Positions 9,093 to 19,640 of a stretch of 64,000 bases of DNA are shown one piece after another. The position numbers and the translations under genes are program-made. Each line of letters opens with the position of its first letter. The first letter of the stretch is position 1. The DNA lies in assembly GCA_026390585.1 (NCBI GenBank), contig JAPLFP010000365.1:6768-70767 (forward strand). The letters are read 5' to 3'. Source of the stretch: Ignavibacteriales bacterium (GTDB lineage Bacteria; Bacteroidota; Ignavibacteria; UBA10030). A model generated the notes under the pieces. That model saw only the letters and a program-made list of their open reading frames with translations. It ran no database searches and was not told where the DNA came from.

Positions 9093-10673
9093 ATGAAAGA
9101 AACCTTCATTCGCTCCGGTCACCCCCAACTCGATGCACTCTATCCCCGCATCAAGAACTTTCTCATGAGCGATGTCACCGAATATAACATGTTTGGCGCG
9201 AAAGTCCGCGGCTACCGCACACCGGACACACCGAGTCTGTGGATTCGCGATTACTCGGATATGATGCGGGGCTTCAGATATTGGGAAAGTGACATGAAGA
9301 GTCTCGTCGACCACTTTGCTGAAATGCAGTCAGCGAAAGGGTGGTTGTTTGACTATTTTACGATGACCCCGGAAAAAGTCCCCTGTGAAAAAGAAAACTG
9401 GGCGAAATATGTGAGGGTTCCAGTCGAAGCGGATGTCGAGTTTCGGTTCATCAAGGCGATCTACCTGGCGTGGCAGGCAACGGGAGACGACCGGTGGGTA
9501 AAGAAACTGCTACCGAGGATGGAAAAGGCACTCAACTATATTCTGACGGACGAGTGGAGATGGGATAAGAAAACGAAGCTCGTCAAGCGTGGCTATACCA
9601 TCGACACGTGGGACTTTGACTACACGGCCGGACGCCATTCGTGGCTCAACTTCCAGGTGAATGATGATACCTATTGGGGTATCATGCATGGAGACAACTC
9701 GGGGTACTATGAGGCGTTCAACCAGATGGCGACGTTGTATGCTCATCTCGGTCTGAGAGCTCGGGCCCGACATTGGGGTTCGTACGCGGAAGCATTTCGG
9801 ACCCGTGCGAACAAAATCTGTTTCAACGGAGCATTCTACACGCACCACGTTCATCTTGTGCCGGTTTCGATCGAAGGAGTCGATGAAGCTAAGCAACTAA
9901 GCCTCAGCAATCCGATGAATATCAACCGCGGTCTTGCAACGCATGCAATGGCCGTGAAGATTCTTCGAGAATATCAGCGGCGAGGCAAAGCAAAGGGGGC
10001 GTTTGCTGACTGGTTTAGCCTTGATCCCCCGATGCCGGATGGAATTTACGGGGATGAAAAGCTCGTTGCTGGAGCCTACTGTAACGGTGGCCTCTTGCCT
10101 CTCGTGGGCGGCGAATTGTCGCGAGCGGCGTTCGACCACGGATTCGAAGAATATGGAGTTGAGCAACTCCTGAAGTACGAACGGCTCACAAATAATAACG
10201 AAACGTACCTCTGGTATTTTCCCAACGGGAGAAAATCCACCGTTGAAACCAGCACGAGTCCTGATGCATCACCGACAGACGGTTGGGGCTCATCGGCAAT
10301 GCTCTATGCCCTGATCGAGGGGCTGGCGGGAATTGTCGATGAGGGCAAACTCTTTCAGCGCGTGCGTCTCTCTCCGCGATGGCTGGCTGCAGGAAGAAGC
10401 GAAGCATCCGTTTGTGCAGCGTATGGAGCGTCTGGAGCATCGTTTGAGTATTCCTTCGGGCACAACGTGTCTGCCAAAACTATTGAGATGAAGTTGACAG
10501 GAAAGGCCATGACGCGTCTTCACGTTCTTCTCCCCCGGGAAACGAAAGCGACAAAGGTGAGCATTGGCGCGAAGAAACTGAGTTTTCGTAACACAAAGGT
10601 CGAAGAAAGTTCTTATGTTGATGCAGATGTCGACGTGAAGAAGAACGCGGTTGTTCTCATTCGATACCAATAG
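9093..10673 (+). CDS. Six-hairpin (a/a)6 glycosidase-like protein, cytoplasmic
   Basis: LWIRD and EADVE...AIY.AWQATGD..W.K..LP.MEKALNY motifs, plus a C-terminal beta domain. No signal peptide. Confidence 0.65.
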   Translation: MKETFIRSGHPQLDALYPRIKNFLMSDVTEYNMFGAKVRGYRTPDTPSLWIRDYSDMMRGFRYWESDMKSLVDHFAEMQSAKGWLFDYFTMTPEKVPCEKENWAKYVRVPVEADVEFRFIKAIYLAWQATGDDRWVKKLLPRMEKALNYILTDEWRWDKKTKLVKRGYTIDTWDFDYTAGRHSWLNFQVNDDTYWGIMHGDNSGYYEAFNQMATLYAHLGLRARARHWGSYAEAFRTRANKICFNGAFYTHHVHLVPVSIEGVDEAKQLSLSNPMNINRGLATHAMAVKILREYQRRGKAKGAFADWFSLDPPMPDGIYGDEKLVAGAYCNGGLLPLVGGELSRAAFDHGFEEYGVEQLLKYERLTNNNETYLWYFPNGRKSTVETSTSPDASPTDGWGSSAMLYALIEGLAGIVDEGKLFQRVRLSPRWLAAGRSEASVCAAYGASGASFEYSFGHNVSAKTIEMKLTGKAMTRLHVLLPRETKATKVSIGAKKLSFRNTKVEESSYVDADVDVKKNAVVLIRYQ

Positions 10674-10683
10674 GAAATCAACA

Positions 10684-12960
10684 ATGAAACGAAGAGATTT
10701 TCTGAAAGCACCGGCTGCCGGACTCCTCCTCGCGCCGGGATTCAGTGTTGCGGATGGATCTCCCCGAGAGAACGAACCGGGCGGCCAGCCAGATGTTGTG
10801 CGGCAAGATATTCAACAGCGAATGCATCCGGATTTCATTACTTGTCTGCCCGGAGTAGAGTATTTCTTCTTCGGGAACGGCGACATCGCGGGCGTGGTGC
10901 AGCATTGCCCGAAGGATACAAGCGGAACGTTCCTCGGCTTCACCTTCATGAATCCGGGACTCTTCAGTAGAAAGTGGAGCACCTATCTCTATCATCCTGA
11001 ACGGGGATTCACCAATACGCGTCTTGGCGTCACACTTGAAGAGGACAACCCTGGATTGACCAAGGAAAGCGGGATGTATCATGGGGTAAAAGGGTATGCG
11101 GTCACGCCAGAGAACTTCGTGTCCATTCAATGGAAATACATGGATACCGTTCCAGTCGTCTCGCTTCTGTGGAAAGCTGGAGAGTGTGAGGTCGAGGAGG
11201 AATTCTTCGCTCCCAGCGAAGGATCAGTCCTCTTCAGGCGGGCAACGGTAAAGAACTCCTCCGGCAGGCCGCTTCATGTTCGTCTTGGCCTGTCCCTGTA
11301 TGCGAATTTTGGTCTCTTCGACCAAATCTACGTAGATGAGAAAGAGAAAGCGGCCTTCGCGCGCGGTCTGGCGAAGATGAAACTGTTCACACTGGAAAAA
11401 GAGGCGACGGTGGCGGGGCGCTATGACGTTCGTGTCGACGTCGGGACAATTCCACCGGGCGAGTCACGTCAGTCAACGTACGTGTACTGCTTGAACGATG
11501 GAGAGAAGATCTTTAAGAGAAAAAGCTTTGCGGTTCTTTGGAAAAATACGGTGCAGTATTGGAATGGGAAAGGAATTCTTGAAACCGGCAACAAAGAGTT
11601 TGACGATCTCTGGAAGGTATCCAAGACGAGTCTCCGGGCGGTGATGGGCAATAATGCTCGGATGGACGCCGGTGTCTGGGAATACAACATGGAGTGGGTG
11701 ATCGACCACCTGTGGGCGGCGATCGGATTTCTGAGGTCCGGATTTGTGGACGAAGCGCGCCTGCTTGTTGAAAACAATCTCAAGCACGCAATTGGTTTCG
11801 ACGGACGCACGATTGAATCCAGCCGCTGGTTTGGCTATGACTATACCGAGCTGAACCAAAATGGCAGTCTCGTTCACAGCATATGGGAATACCTTTGCTG
11901 GACGGGAGATTTCGCCCTGGTGAAGAAATACTGGGACAAAATTAAACTCTGTGCTGAGTTTCCGCTGCAGGAGGTCTTTTTCGACAAGCGGGCACACATG
12001 GTGCATAACAAAAGAGAGTTCTGGGAGCGGAGCGATTCCCATGGCATCGAGGATGGATTTGAGATGGCGTACCAGTTCTGGATCATCATGGGGCTCGAGA
12101 AGGGGGCGGAAATTGCCCAGGCACTCGATGATCGTACCACCGCCCGCAAATGGCGACAAACCGCACGTGAGATGAGAGAATCATTTCTCTCTGATCCTAC
12201 CTTCAAGATGATTGAGAACGGACGCATCATTAAGCGAAGAAAAAGGAATGGGGAATGGCAGAAGTTGAGCGTTCCTCCCAATCGGAGCGCAATGCCTCCC
12301 GGTTCGCCGCTTGCAACGGACGAGAATCCCGCATTGGATCCGGACACCGTTGTGGCGTTCCCGATCATTTTCGGATTGATCGACCCGAAAAGCGACCTCT
12401 CACTCAAGACGCTCGAGTGGGTTGATACGTTATGGGGTCAACAGTGGGAAGGAGGAGGGTATTCACGCTATAACACACACAGCGAACCCGATCCCCCTGC
12501 ACCCTGGCCATTCAACTCCGTTATGGTTGCCCGCGCACACGCCGACGCAGGCAATGACGACAAGGTTTGGCGTGTGCTGGATTGGCTCACGAACCTGCCG
12601 ACCGGAAAATCGGGTTCCTGGTTCGAACATTTGGGTCCCAGCATAACGCCGCCCGCTCCGCCGGTTGGAATTGTCGGATGGATCTGGTACGAGATCATGG
12701 CGCTGTATGTTCATCATATTGTGGGACTCAGGCCGGAGCTGGACAGATTGGTTGTTCGTCCACGACTGATCAAAGGGCTTGACAACATCCGCTCGACGCA
12801 CATCATACGAAAGAAGCAGGTGTCGATACACATCCAACGATCAGCGGACAAAAGCGTTGCCACCGTCAATGGAAAAAAGGTAGCAGTCAACAATGGGGCC
12901 ATTTCGATCCCGTATCCCACCAAGGGAATAACAACGATTGAGTTCACTATTGCAGGATAA
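10684..12960 (+). CDS. Tat-exported GH15-like (a/a)6 glycoside hydrolase
   Basis: Tat motif MKRRDFLK. GH15-like motifs YNMEWVID, ELNQNG, EFWER, GGYSRY..PWP, WFEH. Paralog of 24615-26598. Confidence 0.7.
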   Translation: MKRRDFLKAPAAGLLLAPGFSVADGSPRENEPGGQPDVVRQDIQQRMHPDFITCLPGVEYFFFGNGDIAGVVQHCPKDTSGTFLGFTFMNPGLFSRKWSTYLYHPERGFTNTRLGVTLEEDNPGLTKESGMYHGVKGYAVTPENFVSIQWKYMDTVPVVSLLWKAGECEVEEEFFAPSEGSVLFRRATVKNSSGRPLHVRLGLSLYANFGLFDQIYVDEKEKAAFARGLAKMKLFTLEKEATVAGRYDVRVDVGTIPPGESRQSTYVYCLNDGEKIFKRKSFAVLWKNTVQYWNGKGILETGNKEFDDLWKVSKTSLRAVMGNNARMDAGVWEYNMEWVIDHLWAAIGFLRSGFVDEARLLVENNLKHAIGFDGRTIESSRWFGYDYTELNQNGSLVHSIWEYLCWTGDFALVKKYWDKIKLCAEFPLQEVFFDKRAHMVHNKREFWERSDSHGIEDGFEMAYQFWIIMGLEKGAEIAQALDDRTTARKWRQTAREMRESFLSDPTFKMIENGRIIKRRKRNGEWQKLSVPPNRSAMPPGSPLATDENPALDPDTVVAFPIIFGLIDPKSDLSLKTLEWVDTLWGQQWEGGGYSRYNTHSEPDPPAPWPFNSVMVARAHADAGNDDKVWRVLDWLTNLPTGKSGSWFEHLGPSITPPAPPVGIVGWIWYEIMALYVHHIVGLRPELDRLVVRPRLIKGLDNIRSTHIIRKKQVSIHIQRSADKSVATVNGKKVAVNNGAISIPYPTKGITTIEFTIAG

Positions 12961-12963
12961 CCG

Positions 12964-14238
12964 ATGAGAAGAAGCGATTTCTTCAAGACAGCGTTTGGCG
13001 CTGCCGCCGTCGCGGGCCTTTCGGGGTTTAGGTGGAAGGGCGATAAAGCAATTCGCCCGACGGAAGCCTGGCCGGCAATCGATCCAGAGGACGAGCAGTT
13101 CTGGAGATTTGTACGGACGCAATTTCCGCTCACCGATGAGCGCGCCTACCTGAACACTGGCGGACTTGGCGCGTCTCCCTACGCCGTCATTGACGCGGTG
13201 AAAGCGAAGATGGACGAGTTGGAAAAAATCGCAGAAACTGGCCATTCAGATGAGCTCTGGAAAGAGGTCAAGACTGCCGCTGCGCAGCTGCTTGGATGTG
13301 ATGCAACGGAGTTGGCGTTCACCCGAAACGCCACCGAGGGTATCAATATCGTTTGTAATGGGTTGCCGCTCAAACGCGGCGATGAGATGATCACAACAAC
13401 GCATGAGCATGTCGGAAATACGGTTCCATGGTTGGGGTTGCTGAAGCGGGAAGGGATTGTCGTTAAGCTGTTTGAGCCGTCGACGGTGTCGGCACAGGAA
13501 AATGTGGATCGGATTGAACAGTTACTCACGAAAAAAACCCGCCTCATCAGTGTTCCCCATGCAACGACAACGACGGGGCAGATTCTCCCGATCAAAGTCC
13601 TCTCTGCGCTCGCGAAGCCAAAGGGAATCTGGTTGTTCGTTGACGGGGCCCAGACGGCAGGAATGTTCCCGTTCAATCTTCATGAACTCGGATGTGATGC
13701 CTACGCGACGAGTGGACACAAGTGGATGCTTGGACCAAAAGAAACTGGCCTGCTGTATGTTCGCAAGGAGATGCTGGATGTCATTCAGCCCAAAATTGTC
13801 GGTGCATACTCGGCCGCCGAGTTTGACCTGGCGAAAGGAACGCTGGATTTTGTTCCGAGTGCACAACGCTATGAGTACGGGACAGTGAGCATTCCGCTTC
13901 GGTTTGGTCTTGGCGCTGCAATAAGCTTCCTGCAGAAGATTGGAATGGAGAATATCTGGAAGCGGGATCAGTCACTCTCCACGAGATTGTTTATGGGCCT
14001 GAAGTCGATTCCATACGTGAGCGTCCTTTCTCCAGAAAGCAGTACGGAGAGAAGCGCGCTTGTGACGTTCAAGCACGAAAAGATCCCATTTGGCGATCTC
14101 CAGCGTCATCTTGACACATACAAGCTCCGAACGCGTGGTGTTGGCGAAGGCGGAGTGAACGCTCTTCGAATCTCGACGCATCTCTATAATAGTCACGATG
14201 AGGTTGACCGCGCGTTAGAAGCAGTGAAGACTGCCTAG
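12964..14238 (+). CDS. Tat-exported class V PLP-dependent enzyme (aminotransferase V fold)
   Basis: Leader MRRSDFFK. YLNTGGLG, FTRNATEG, DGAQTAG, SGHKW (PLP Lys), RYEYGT, LRISTHLYN. No catalytic Cys loop. Confidence 0.85.
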   Translation: MRRSDFFKTAFGAAAVAGLSGFRWKGDKAIRPTEAWPAIDPEDEQFWRFVRTQFPLTDERAYLNTGGLGASPYAVIDAVKAKMDELEKIAETGHSDELWKEVKTAAAQLLGCDATELAFTRNATEGINIVCNGLPLKRGDEMITTTHEHVGNTVPWLGLLKREGIVVKLFEPSTVSAQENVDRIEQLLTKKTRLISVPHATTTTGQILPIKVLSALAKPKGIWLFVDGAQTAGMFPFNLHELGCDAYATSGHKWMLGPKETGLLYVRKEMLDVIQPKIVGAYSAAEFDLAKGTLDFVPSAQRYEYGTVSIPLRFGLGAAISFLQKIGMENIWKRDQSLSTRLFMGLKSIPYVSVLSPESSTERSALVTFKHEKIPFGDLQRHLDTYKLRTRGVGEGGVNALRISTHLYNSHDEVDRALEAVKTA

Positions 14239-14251
14239 AAAGGACAAGATT

Positions 14252-15739
14252 ATGTATACGATAGGTTATGATGTGGGAAGCTCTTTTGTGAAAGCCGCGC
14301 TCGTGGATGTTGAACGTGGTACCGTGGTTGCCAAGGCAAGCTACCCGGACAAAGAAATGCTCATCAACGCTCCTGTGCCCGGTTGGGCAGAACAGGATCC
14401 CGCAACATGGTGGAAAGCCGTGAAAGGTGTGACCGGCATTCTGGCCGCCCAGGCGTCGGTGTCGCTGAAAGATGTGAAAGCGATTGGTATCTCATATCAG
14501 ATGCACGGTCTTGTGCTCGTCGGCAAAGATGGCACACCCTTGCGGCCGTCCATTATCTGGTGTGATAGCCGTGCGACAGAAATTGGCAGAGCAGCGTTTT
14601 CGGCGATCGGTGAAACTGTGTGCCTCAATGAAATGCTCAACTCTCCAGGCAACTTCACGGCATCAAAACTTTGCTGGGTCAGGCAGAACGAGCCTTCAGT
14701 CTATGAAAAGGCTTACAAGATGCTTCTCCCAGGCGACTACATAGCGCTCCGTTTGACGGGGGAATGCAGAACTACGATCTCCGGGTTGTCGGAAGGTATC
14801 CTCTGGGACTTTCCCGGATCACGGGTAGCAGAAAGGCTGCTGAGCCACTACCAACTGCGGAAAGACTTGCTGGCTGATTTGGTTCCATCCATTGGGCTTC
14901 AAGGGTACGTCTCTGCTGCGGCCGCACTTGAGCTTGGCCTGAAAGCCGGGATCCCCGTTTCGTACCGTGCCGGTGACCAACCGAACAATGCACTCTCCTT
15001 GAATGTGCTGGAGCCGGGGGAAATTGCTGCCACCGCAGGAACATCGGGAGTTGTCTATACTGTCAGCGGCAACCTGAACTGTGACCCACAATCACGCATC
15101 AACGCATTTGCTCATGTGAATCATCGGCCTGAGGCCCCACGCGTTGGAATTCTTCTGTGTATCAACGGAACGGGAATCTCGAACAGCTGGACACGAAAGC
15201 TGATTGGCGAATCAGACCTCACGTACGATCAGATGAATCAGACAGCAGCCCTGTCTCCGGTTGGTTCCAAGGGACTTTCCATCCTTCCATTCGGCAACGG
15301 AGCAGAGCGGATGCTGGGTGACAGGGACATCGGAGCGCAGCTGCATCACCTGAACTTCAATATCCATGGAAAACCAGAGGTTCTGCGGGCTGTTCAAGAA
15401 GGGGTGGTATTCTCCTTCAAGTATGGTATCGACATCATGCGATCTTTGAAGATTCAACCAACCGTTCTGAAAGCTGGAGCGGCAAACATGTTTCTGAGTC
15501 CCGTCTTCTGCAAGACACTGGCATCTGTGGCAGGAGTGACGATTGAACTGTATAACACCGACGGAGCTCAGGGTGCCGCGCGCGCCGCTGCCGTCGGAGC
15601 GGGAATCGTCCCGCATCTGCACGATGCATTCAAAGGACTTGCGGCCTTGCGAAGTATTGAACCTGAGACGAATAAAGACGATTATCTCGAAGCGTACAGC
15701 CGCTGGCTTGCGCCGCTGAAACGCAGCCTTCAGTCTTGA
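14252..15739 (+). CDS. xylB: Xylulokinase (FGGY family)
   Basis: GYDVGSS, GWAEQDP, GISYQMHG, LNSPGNFTASKL, AGDQPNNA, AGTSGV. Closely resembles Bacteroides-type xylulokinase. Confidence 0.85.
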   Translation: MYTIGYDVGSSFVKAALVDVERGTVVAKASYPDKEMLINAPVPGWAEQDPATWWKAVKGVTGILAAQASVSLKDVKAIGISYQMHGLVLVGKDGTPLRPSIIWCDSRATEIGRAAFSAIGETVCLNEMLNSPGNFTASKLCWVRQNEPSVYEKAYKMLLPGDYIALRLTGECRTTISGLSEGILWDFPGSRVAERLLSHYQLRKDLLADLVPSIGLQGYVSAAAALELGLKAGIPVSYRAGDQPNNALSLNVLEPGEIAATAGTSGVVYTVSGNLNCDPQSRINAFAHVNHRPEAPRVGILLCINGTGISNSWTRKLIGESDLTYDQMNQTAALSPVGSKGLSILPFGNGAERMLGDRDIGAQLHHLNFNIHGKPEVLRAVQEGVVFSFKYGIDIMRSLKIQPTVLKAGAANMFLSPVFCKTLASVAGVTIELYNTDGAQGAARAAAVGAGIVPHLHDAFKGLAALRSIEPETNKDDYLEAYSRWLAPLKRSLQS

Positions 15740-15762
15740 GAAACCTCTTCTGTGAGGGGCAT

Positions 15763-16860
15763 ATGAACAGACTCTTTCTCCTGTCGATCTCTGCTGTAGT
15801 ACTTCTGTCGGTCTTTGGATGTCGCGGAAAGGACCAGAAAGAAGCATCGTCAACAAATGGCGCTGCGTATACCGCCGGCTTCCTCATGGAGACATACGAT
15901 CTTGATCGCTGGAAACGCGACGAAGAATTCTTCAGAGAAAAAGCCAATTCCCTCGGTGTGACGGTACTGCGGGCTGTCGCAGACGGTGACCAGGATCGTC
16001 AGAACAAACAGGCTGAAACATTCCTGACGCAGGGCGTCAATGTTCTCGTCGTTGTGCCAAAGAACCTCAACACCGCTGCCCGCATTGTCAAGAGCGCACA
16101 CGAGAAAGACGTTCCCGTGCTTGCCTACGACAGGCTGATGCTCGATTGCGATCTGGATATCTACATCACCTTTGATAATGAAAAGGTCGGCTATCTCCAG
16201 GCGTATGGCATCCTCCAGAAGGTGCCCGAAGGGAACTTCATTCTTCTCGGAGGGGCTGCATCAGATAATAACGCAAAACTGCTGCGCACCGGCCAGCTTC
16301 GGGCGATCAAGGAGCACGAGCTGCAGACAAAAAAGAAGGTCACGGTTCTTGCAGATCCCTTTCTCGACGATTGGGATCGTGAGGAAGCACGAAGGCGAAT
16401 TGGAAATCTCATCACCAAATTCAACGCAGAAGGAAAGAAGATCGACGCGATCATTGCTTCGAATGATGCAACTGCTGGCGGTGTCATCGCCGCGCTGCAA
16501 GCGGAAAAGATGGCGGGGAAAATCGCCGTCTCAGGCCAGGACGCGGAATTGCAGGCATGCCAGCGTATCGTTGAAGGAACTCAGGCAATCACTATCTACA
16601 AACCAGTTCGGCTTCTAGCCGAGGTGTCGGCACAAGTCGCTCAGCGTCTTGCGAAAAAGGAAAAACCAGAAGAGATCATCAAGGCGCTTGGATTCACCGT
16701 CAACTATCTCGACAATGGTTTCAAGAAGGTACCGTCGATTTTCCTCGAACCGCTCTTTGTTACAAAAGAAAACATGGCGAAAACGGTCATTGCAGACAAT
16801 TGGCATCCTCTGGAAAAAGTCTTCGCCAACGTACCAAGAGAATTCTGGCCAAAACAATAA
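15763..16860 (+). CDS. xylF: D-xylose-type ABC transporter substrate-binding lipoprotein
   Basis: Lipobox VFG/C. DRWKRD, VLAYDRL, YITFDNEKVG.LQA, ASND.TAGG, VSGQDA, IYKP. Confidence 0.85.
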   Translation: MNRLFLLSISAVVLLSVFGCRGKDQKEASSTNGAAYTAGFLMETYDLDRWKRDEEFFREKANSLGVTVLRAVADGDQDRQNKQAETFLTQGVNVLVVVPKNLNTAARIVKSAHEKDVPVLAYDRLMLDCDLDIYITFDNEKVGYLQAYGILQKVPEGNFILLGGAASDNNAKLLRTGQLRAIKEHELQTKKKVTVLADPFLDDWDREEARRRIGNLITKFNAEGKKIDAIIASNDATAGGVIAALQAEKMAGKIAVSGQDAELQACQRIVEGTQAITIYKPVRLLAEVSAQVAQRLAKKEKPEEIIKALGFTVNYLDNGFKKVPSIFLEPLFVTKENMAKTVIADNWHPLEKVFANVPREFWPKQ

Positions 16861-16902
16861 TCTTCGAACACCTGTAGGACCACTTCGCTTGTTGAATATC
16901 CG

Positions 16903-18102
16903 ATGAACGAACCCAGATTTGGCATACGAGTGAACTTCCGTGTCATGTCGATGATTCTCATCCTCGTCGTGATGTGGATCTTCTTTCGTCTTCAGGTGGG
17001 AGACTTCTACTTCAGCGGAGAGAGCATAGCGAAGTTGAGCCGGGACATGGTCAGCTGGACGATCCTTGCTGCGGGGATGACGCTTGTGATCATCTCGGGT
17101 AACATCGATCTTTCAGTCGGTTCGCTTCTCTCTGTCGTTGCGGCATCCGCTGCGTTGATGATGAATCCGGAATATGGCCCCGGATGGTCCGCAAATGTCG
17201 CGGTTCCTATAGCGCTGGCAATCGGCACCTCTCTTGGTCTCCTTCAGGGGACGCTTGTTGCGTACTTTCGAATCCCCTCATTCATCGTTACCCTTGGCGG
17301 TCTCTTCGTTTTCCGTGGAATCACGCAAAAGATCAGCGAATTTGATCCAAGGGTTCCCGCGGATAATTGGGTTGTGTCGTTGGGATTTGACTACGTCCCG
17401 CACGAAACGGGTTATGCCATGATTGCAGCGTTTGTGCTCCTTCTGGCCGGTGTTCTGATCGTCAGCCGAAGAAATCGCCTCCACATGAATCTGCCTTCAT
17501 GGAATATTCCGGCACTCGCCGGCATACTCTTTATCGTCGCCGCTCTGCTCGCGTTACTCGTGATGAAGATGAATGAGTACAAGGGCATCCCCAACCAGAC
17601 GGTGGTGATGGCAATTGTTCTCATTATGCTTCATGTGATCTCGAAGCAGACAACCTTTGGCAGACACCTGTACGCGATCGGAGGGAACACCGAAGCGGCG
17701 CGGATTTCAGGTATCAAAGTTGAACGCAAGATTGTCGCCGTCTTCGCTCTGATGGGGTTCCTCGCCGGCGTCGCTGGCATCGTTTGGATGGCGCAGAATC
17801 AGGGATCAACAAAGAACGGCGGTCAATACTATGAATTGTATGCCATCGCAGCGGCCATCATCGGCGGTACAAGCCTGATGGGGGGGCGCGGAACGATCTT
17901 TGGAACATTCCTCGGAGGACTCGTGATGGCGACTGTGATCCAAGGAATGGACTACACAAATCTAGAAAACTGGCTACAGCTTGTTGTGCGCGGCAGCGTT
18001 CTCGTGTTGGCTGTTGGGCTGGATATCATGGCGAAGAATCCCCCACTCTGGGCACGCCGTCTCCAAAGCAAAGTGTGGAAGCGATCGCGCTCAGCGTCAT
18101 GA
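16903..18102 (+). CDS. xylH: Sugar ABC transporter permease (XylH-like)
   Basis: VIISGNIDLSVGS, IPSFIVTL.G, FGRHLYAIGGN.EAA.ISG, YELYAIAAAIIGGTSL.GGRG. Confidence 0.88.
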   Translation: MNEPRFGIRVNFRVMSMILILVVMWIFFRLQVGDFYFSGESIAKLSRDMVSWTILAAGMTLVIISGNIDLSVGSLLSVVAASAALMMNPEYGPGWSANVAVPIALAIGTSLGLLQGTLVAYFRIPSFIVTLGGLFVFRGITQKISEFDPRVPADNWVVSLGFDYVPHETGYAMIAAFVLLLAGVLIVSRRNRLHMNLPSWNIPALAGILFIVAALLALLVMKMNEYKGIPNQTVVMAIVLIMLHVISKQTTFGRHLYAIGGNTEAARISGIKVERKIVAVFALMGFLAGVAGIVWMAQNQGSTKNGGQYYELYAIAAAIIGGTSLMGGRGTIFGTFLGGLVMATVIQGMDYTNLENWLQLVVRGSVLVLAVGLDIMAKNPPLWARRLQSKVWKRSRSAS

Positions 18103-18122
18103 GCGTCTGAGAGACATCTATC

Positions 18123-19640
18123 ATGGCTGAAATCGTACAATTTGAGAGTGTTACAAAGCGGTTTGGCGGGACCGTTGCCCTGGACGGCGTCAGTTTCTCC
18201 ATTCGGGAAGGAGAAGTGCATGCCCTGATAGGAGAGAATGGCGCCGGCAAATCGACACTGATGAGAATTCTCTCGGGAGTTTTGCCGAAAGATTCCGGGA
18301 GGGTGTTCGTCGGTGGCTCGGAGAAAGTGTTTCGCTCGGCAGTTGATGCACAGCGAGAAGGGATCAGTACGGTGTATCAGGAACCCCACCTCGTCCCGCA
18401 CATGACGGTCGCGGAAAACGTTTTTCTGGGACGTGAACCTCTCAAGAGATTTGGATGGGTGGACTTCAACACTCTGAACGCCCGAACCCAAGGAATTCTG
18501 GCCCAACTGGAGCTGACGATATCGCCAACAACAACGCTTGCAGACCTGAGCTCCGCCGAGGTGCAACTCGTTCAAATCGCGAGAGCGATTGCGTTCTCGA
18601 CGAAGATTCTCATTCTGGATGAGCCAACCGCATCGATCACCGGCCGTGAAACGGAAATCCTCTTTAGCCTCCTCAAGAAGCTGAACGCCAAAGGATTGAC
18701 GATCGTCTATGTCTCCCACCGTCTCAAGGAGATTTTCGAACTCTGCCATCGGGCGACAGTTCTCCGAGATGGCAAGCATGTTGCGACAGTCGACGTTGAA
18801 AAGACAAACGAGCGAGAGATCATCAGTATGATGGTAGGACGGGCAGTTGAAGAAACACCCTCTGTTCGCAACGAGAGAGGAACAGGCGAGGTGAGCCTTG
18901 AACTCCGTGATGTGAGTGTCTCAGAGTCGCCTGTTCCCGTGCGCAATGTCTCTCTGAATGTCCGAAAGGGCGAAATCGTCGCTCTTGCAGGGTTGGTTGG
19001 TTCTGGTCGTAGCGATGTAGCGAAAGCGGTGTTCGGCCTGAACCGAATCAGTGCAGGTAGCATCCATGTTCACGGCAAGCGTGTTGACATCAAGAGTCCG
19101 GGAGATGCAATCCAGCGGGGAATCTCTTTCGTACCAGAGGACCGAAAAAGCGAGGGTCTGATCCCCATTCAATCGATCAAGCACAATATCTCGCTCACAG
19201 GATTGAAGCTGCTGGCGCGGTTGGGATTCATCAGGGGGTCTTCGGAAACCAGCCTCGCTCGGACAAGTTCCGCACAACTCTCCATCAAGTCATCATCTGA
19301 AGAGGCAGAGGTCTCGACGCTGAGCGGCGGTAACCAACAGAAAGTCGTCCTGGCGAAATGGTTGTGGTTGAAGCCGACGATCTTGATTCTGGATGAGCCG
19401 ACACGGGGAATTGATGTCGGGGCAAAAGCCGAAATCCACAGTTTGATTACGAACCTTGCGAAAAACGATGTTGCTGTTCTTCTCATTTCCTCTGAATTGC
19501 CGGAAGTTCTCCGGCTCGCGGACCGAATCTATGTTATGCGCGATGGAACAATCACCGGAGAGCTTCAGCGATCCGAAGCAAGCCAGGAATCCATTATGCA
19601 CCTGGCAGCACTTGGTAAACAAGAAACGGGAGGTCTATGA
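18123..19640 (+). CDS. xylG: Sugar ABC transporter ATP-binding protein (tandem NBD, XylG/RbsA-like)
   Basis: Walker A GENGAGKST, ILILDEPT, LSGGNQQKV, DEPTRGIDVGAK. Confidence 0.9.
   Translation: MAEIVQFESVTKRFGGTVALDGVSFSIREGEVHALIGENGAGKSTLMRILSGVLPKDSGRVFVGGSEKVFRSAVDAQREGISTVYQEPHLVPHMTVAENVFLGREPLKRFGWVDFNTLNARTQGILAQLELTISPTTTLADLSSAEVQLVQIARAIAFSTKILILDEPTASITGRETEILFSLLKKLNAKGLTIVYVSHRLKEIFELCHRATVLRDGKHVATVDVEKTNEREIISMMVGRAVEETPSVRNERGTGEVSLELRDVSVSESPVPVRNVSLNVRKGEIVALAGLVGSGRSDVAKAVFGLNRISAGSIHVHGKRVDIKSPGDAIQRGISFVPEDRKSEGLIPIQSIKHNISLTGLKLLARLGFIRGSSETSLARTSSAQLSIKSSSEEAEVSTLSGGNQQKVVLAKWLWLKPTILILDEPTRGIDVGAKAEIHSLITNLAKNDVAVLLISSELPEVLRLADRIYVMRDGTITGELQRSEASQESIMHLAALGKQETGGL

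Noticed and set aside
12964-14238. Cysteine desulfurase (sufS/iscS) call
   Set aside because: No catalytic Cys loop, and it carries a Tat leader.
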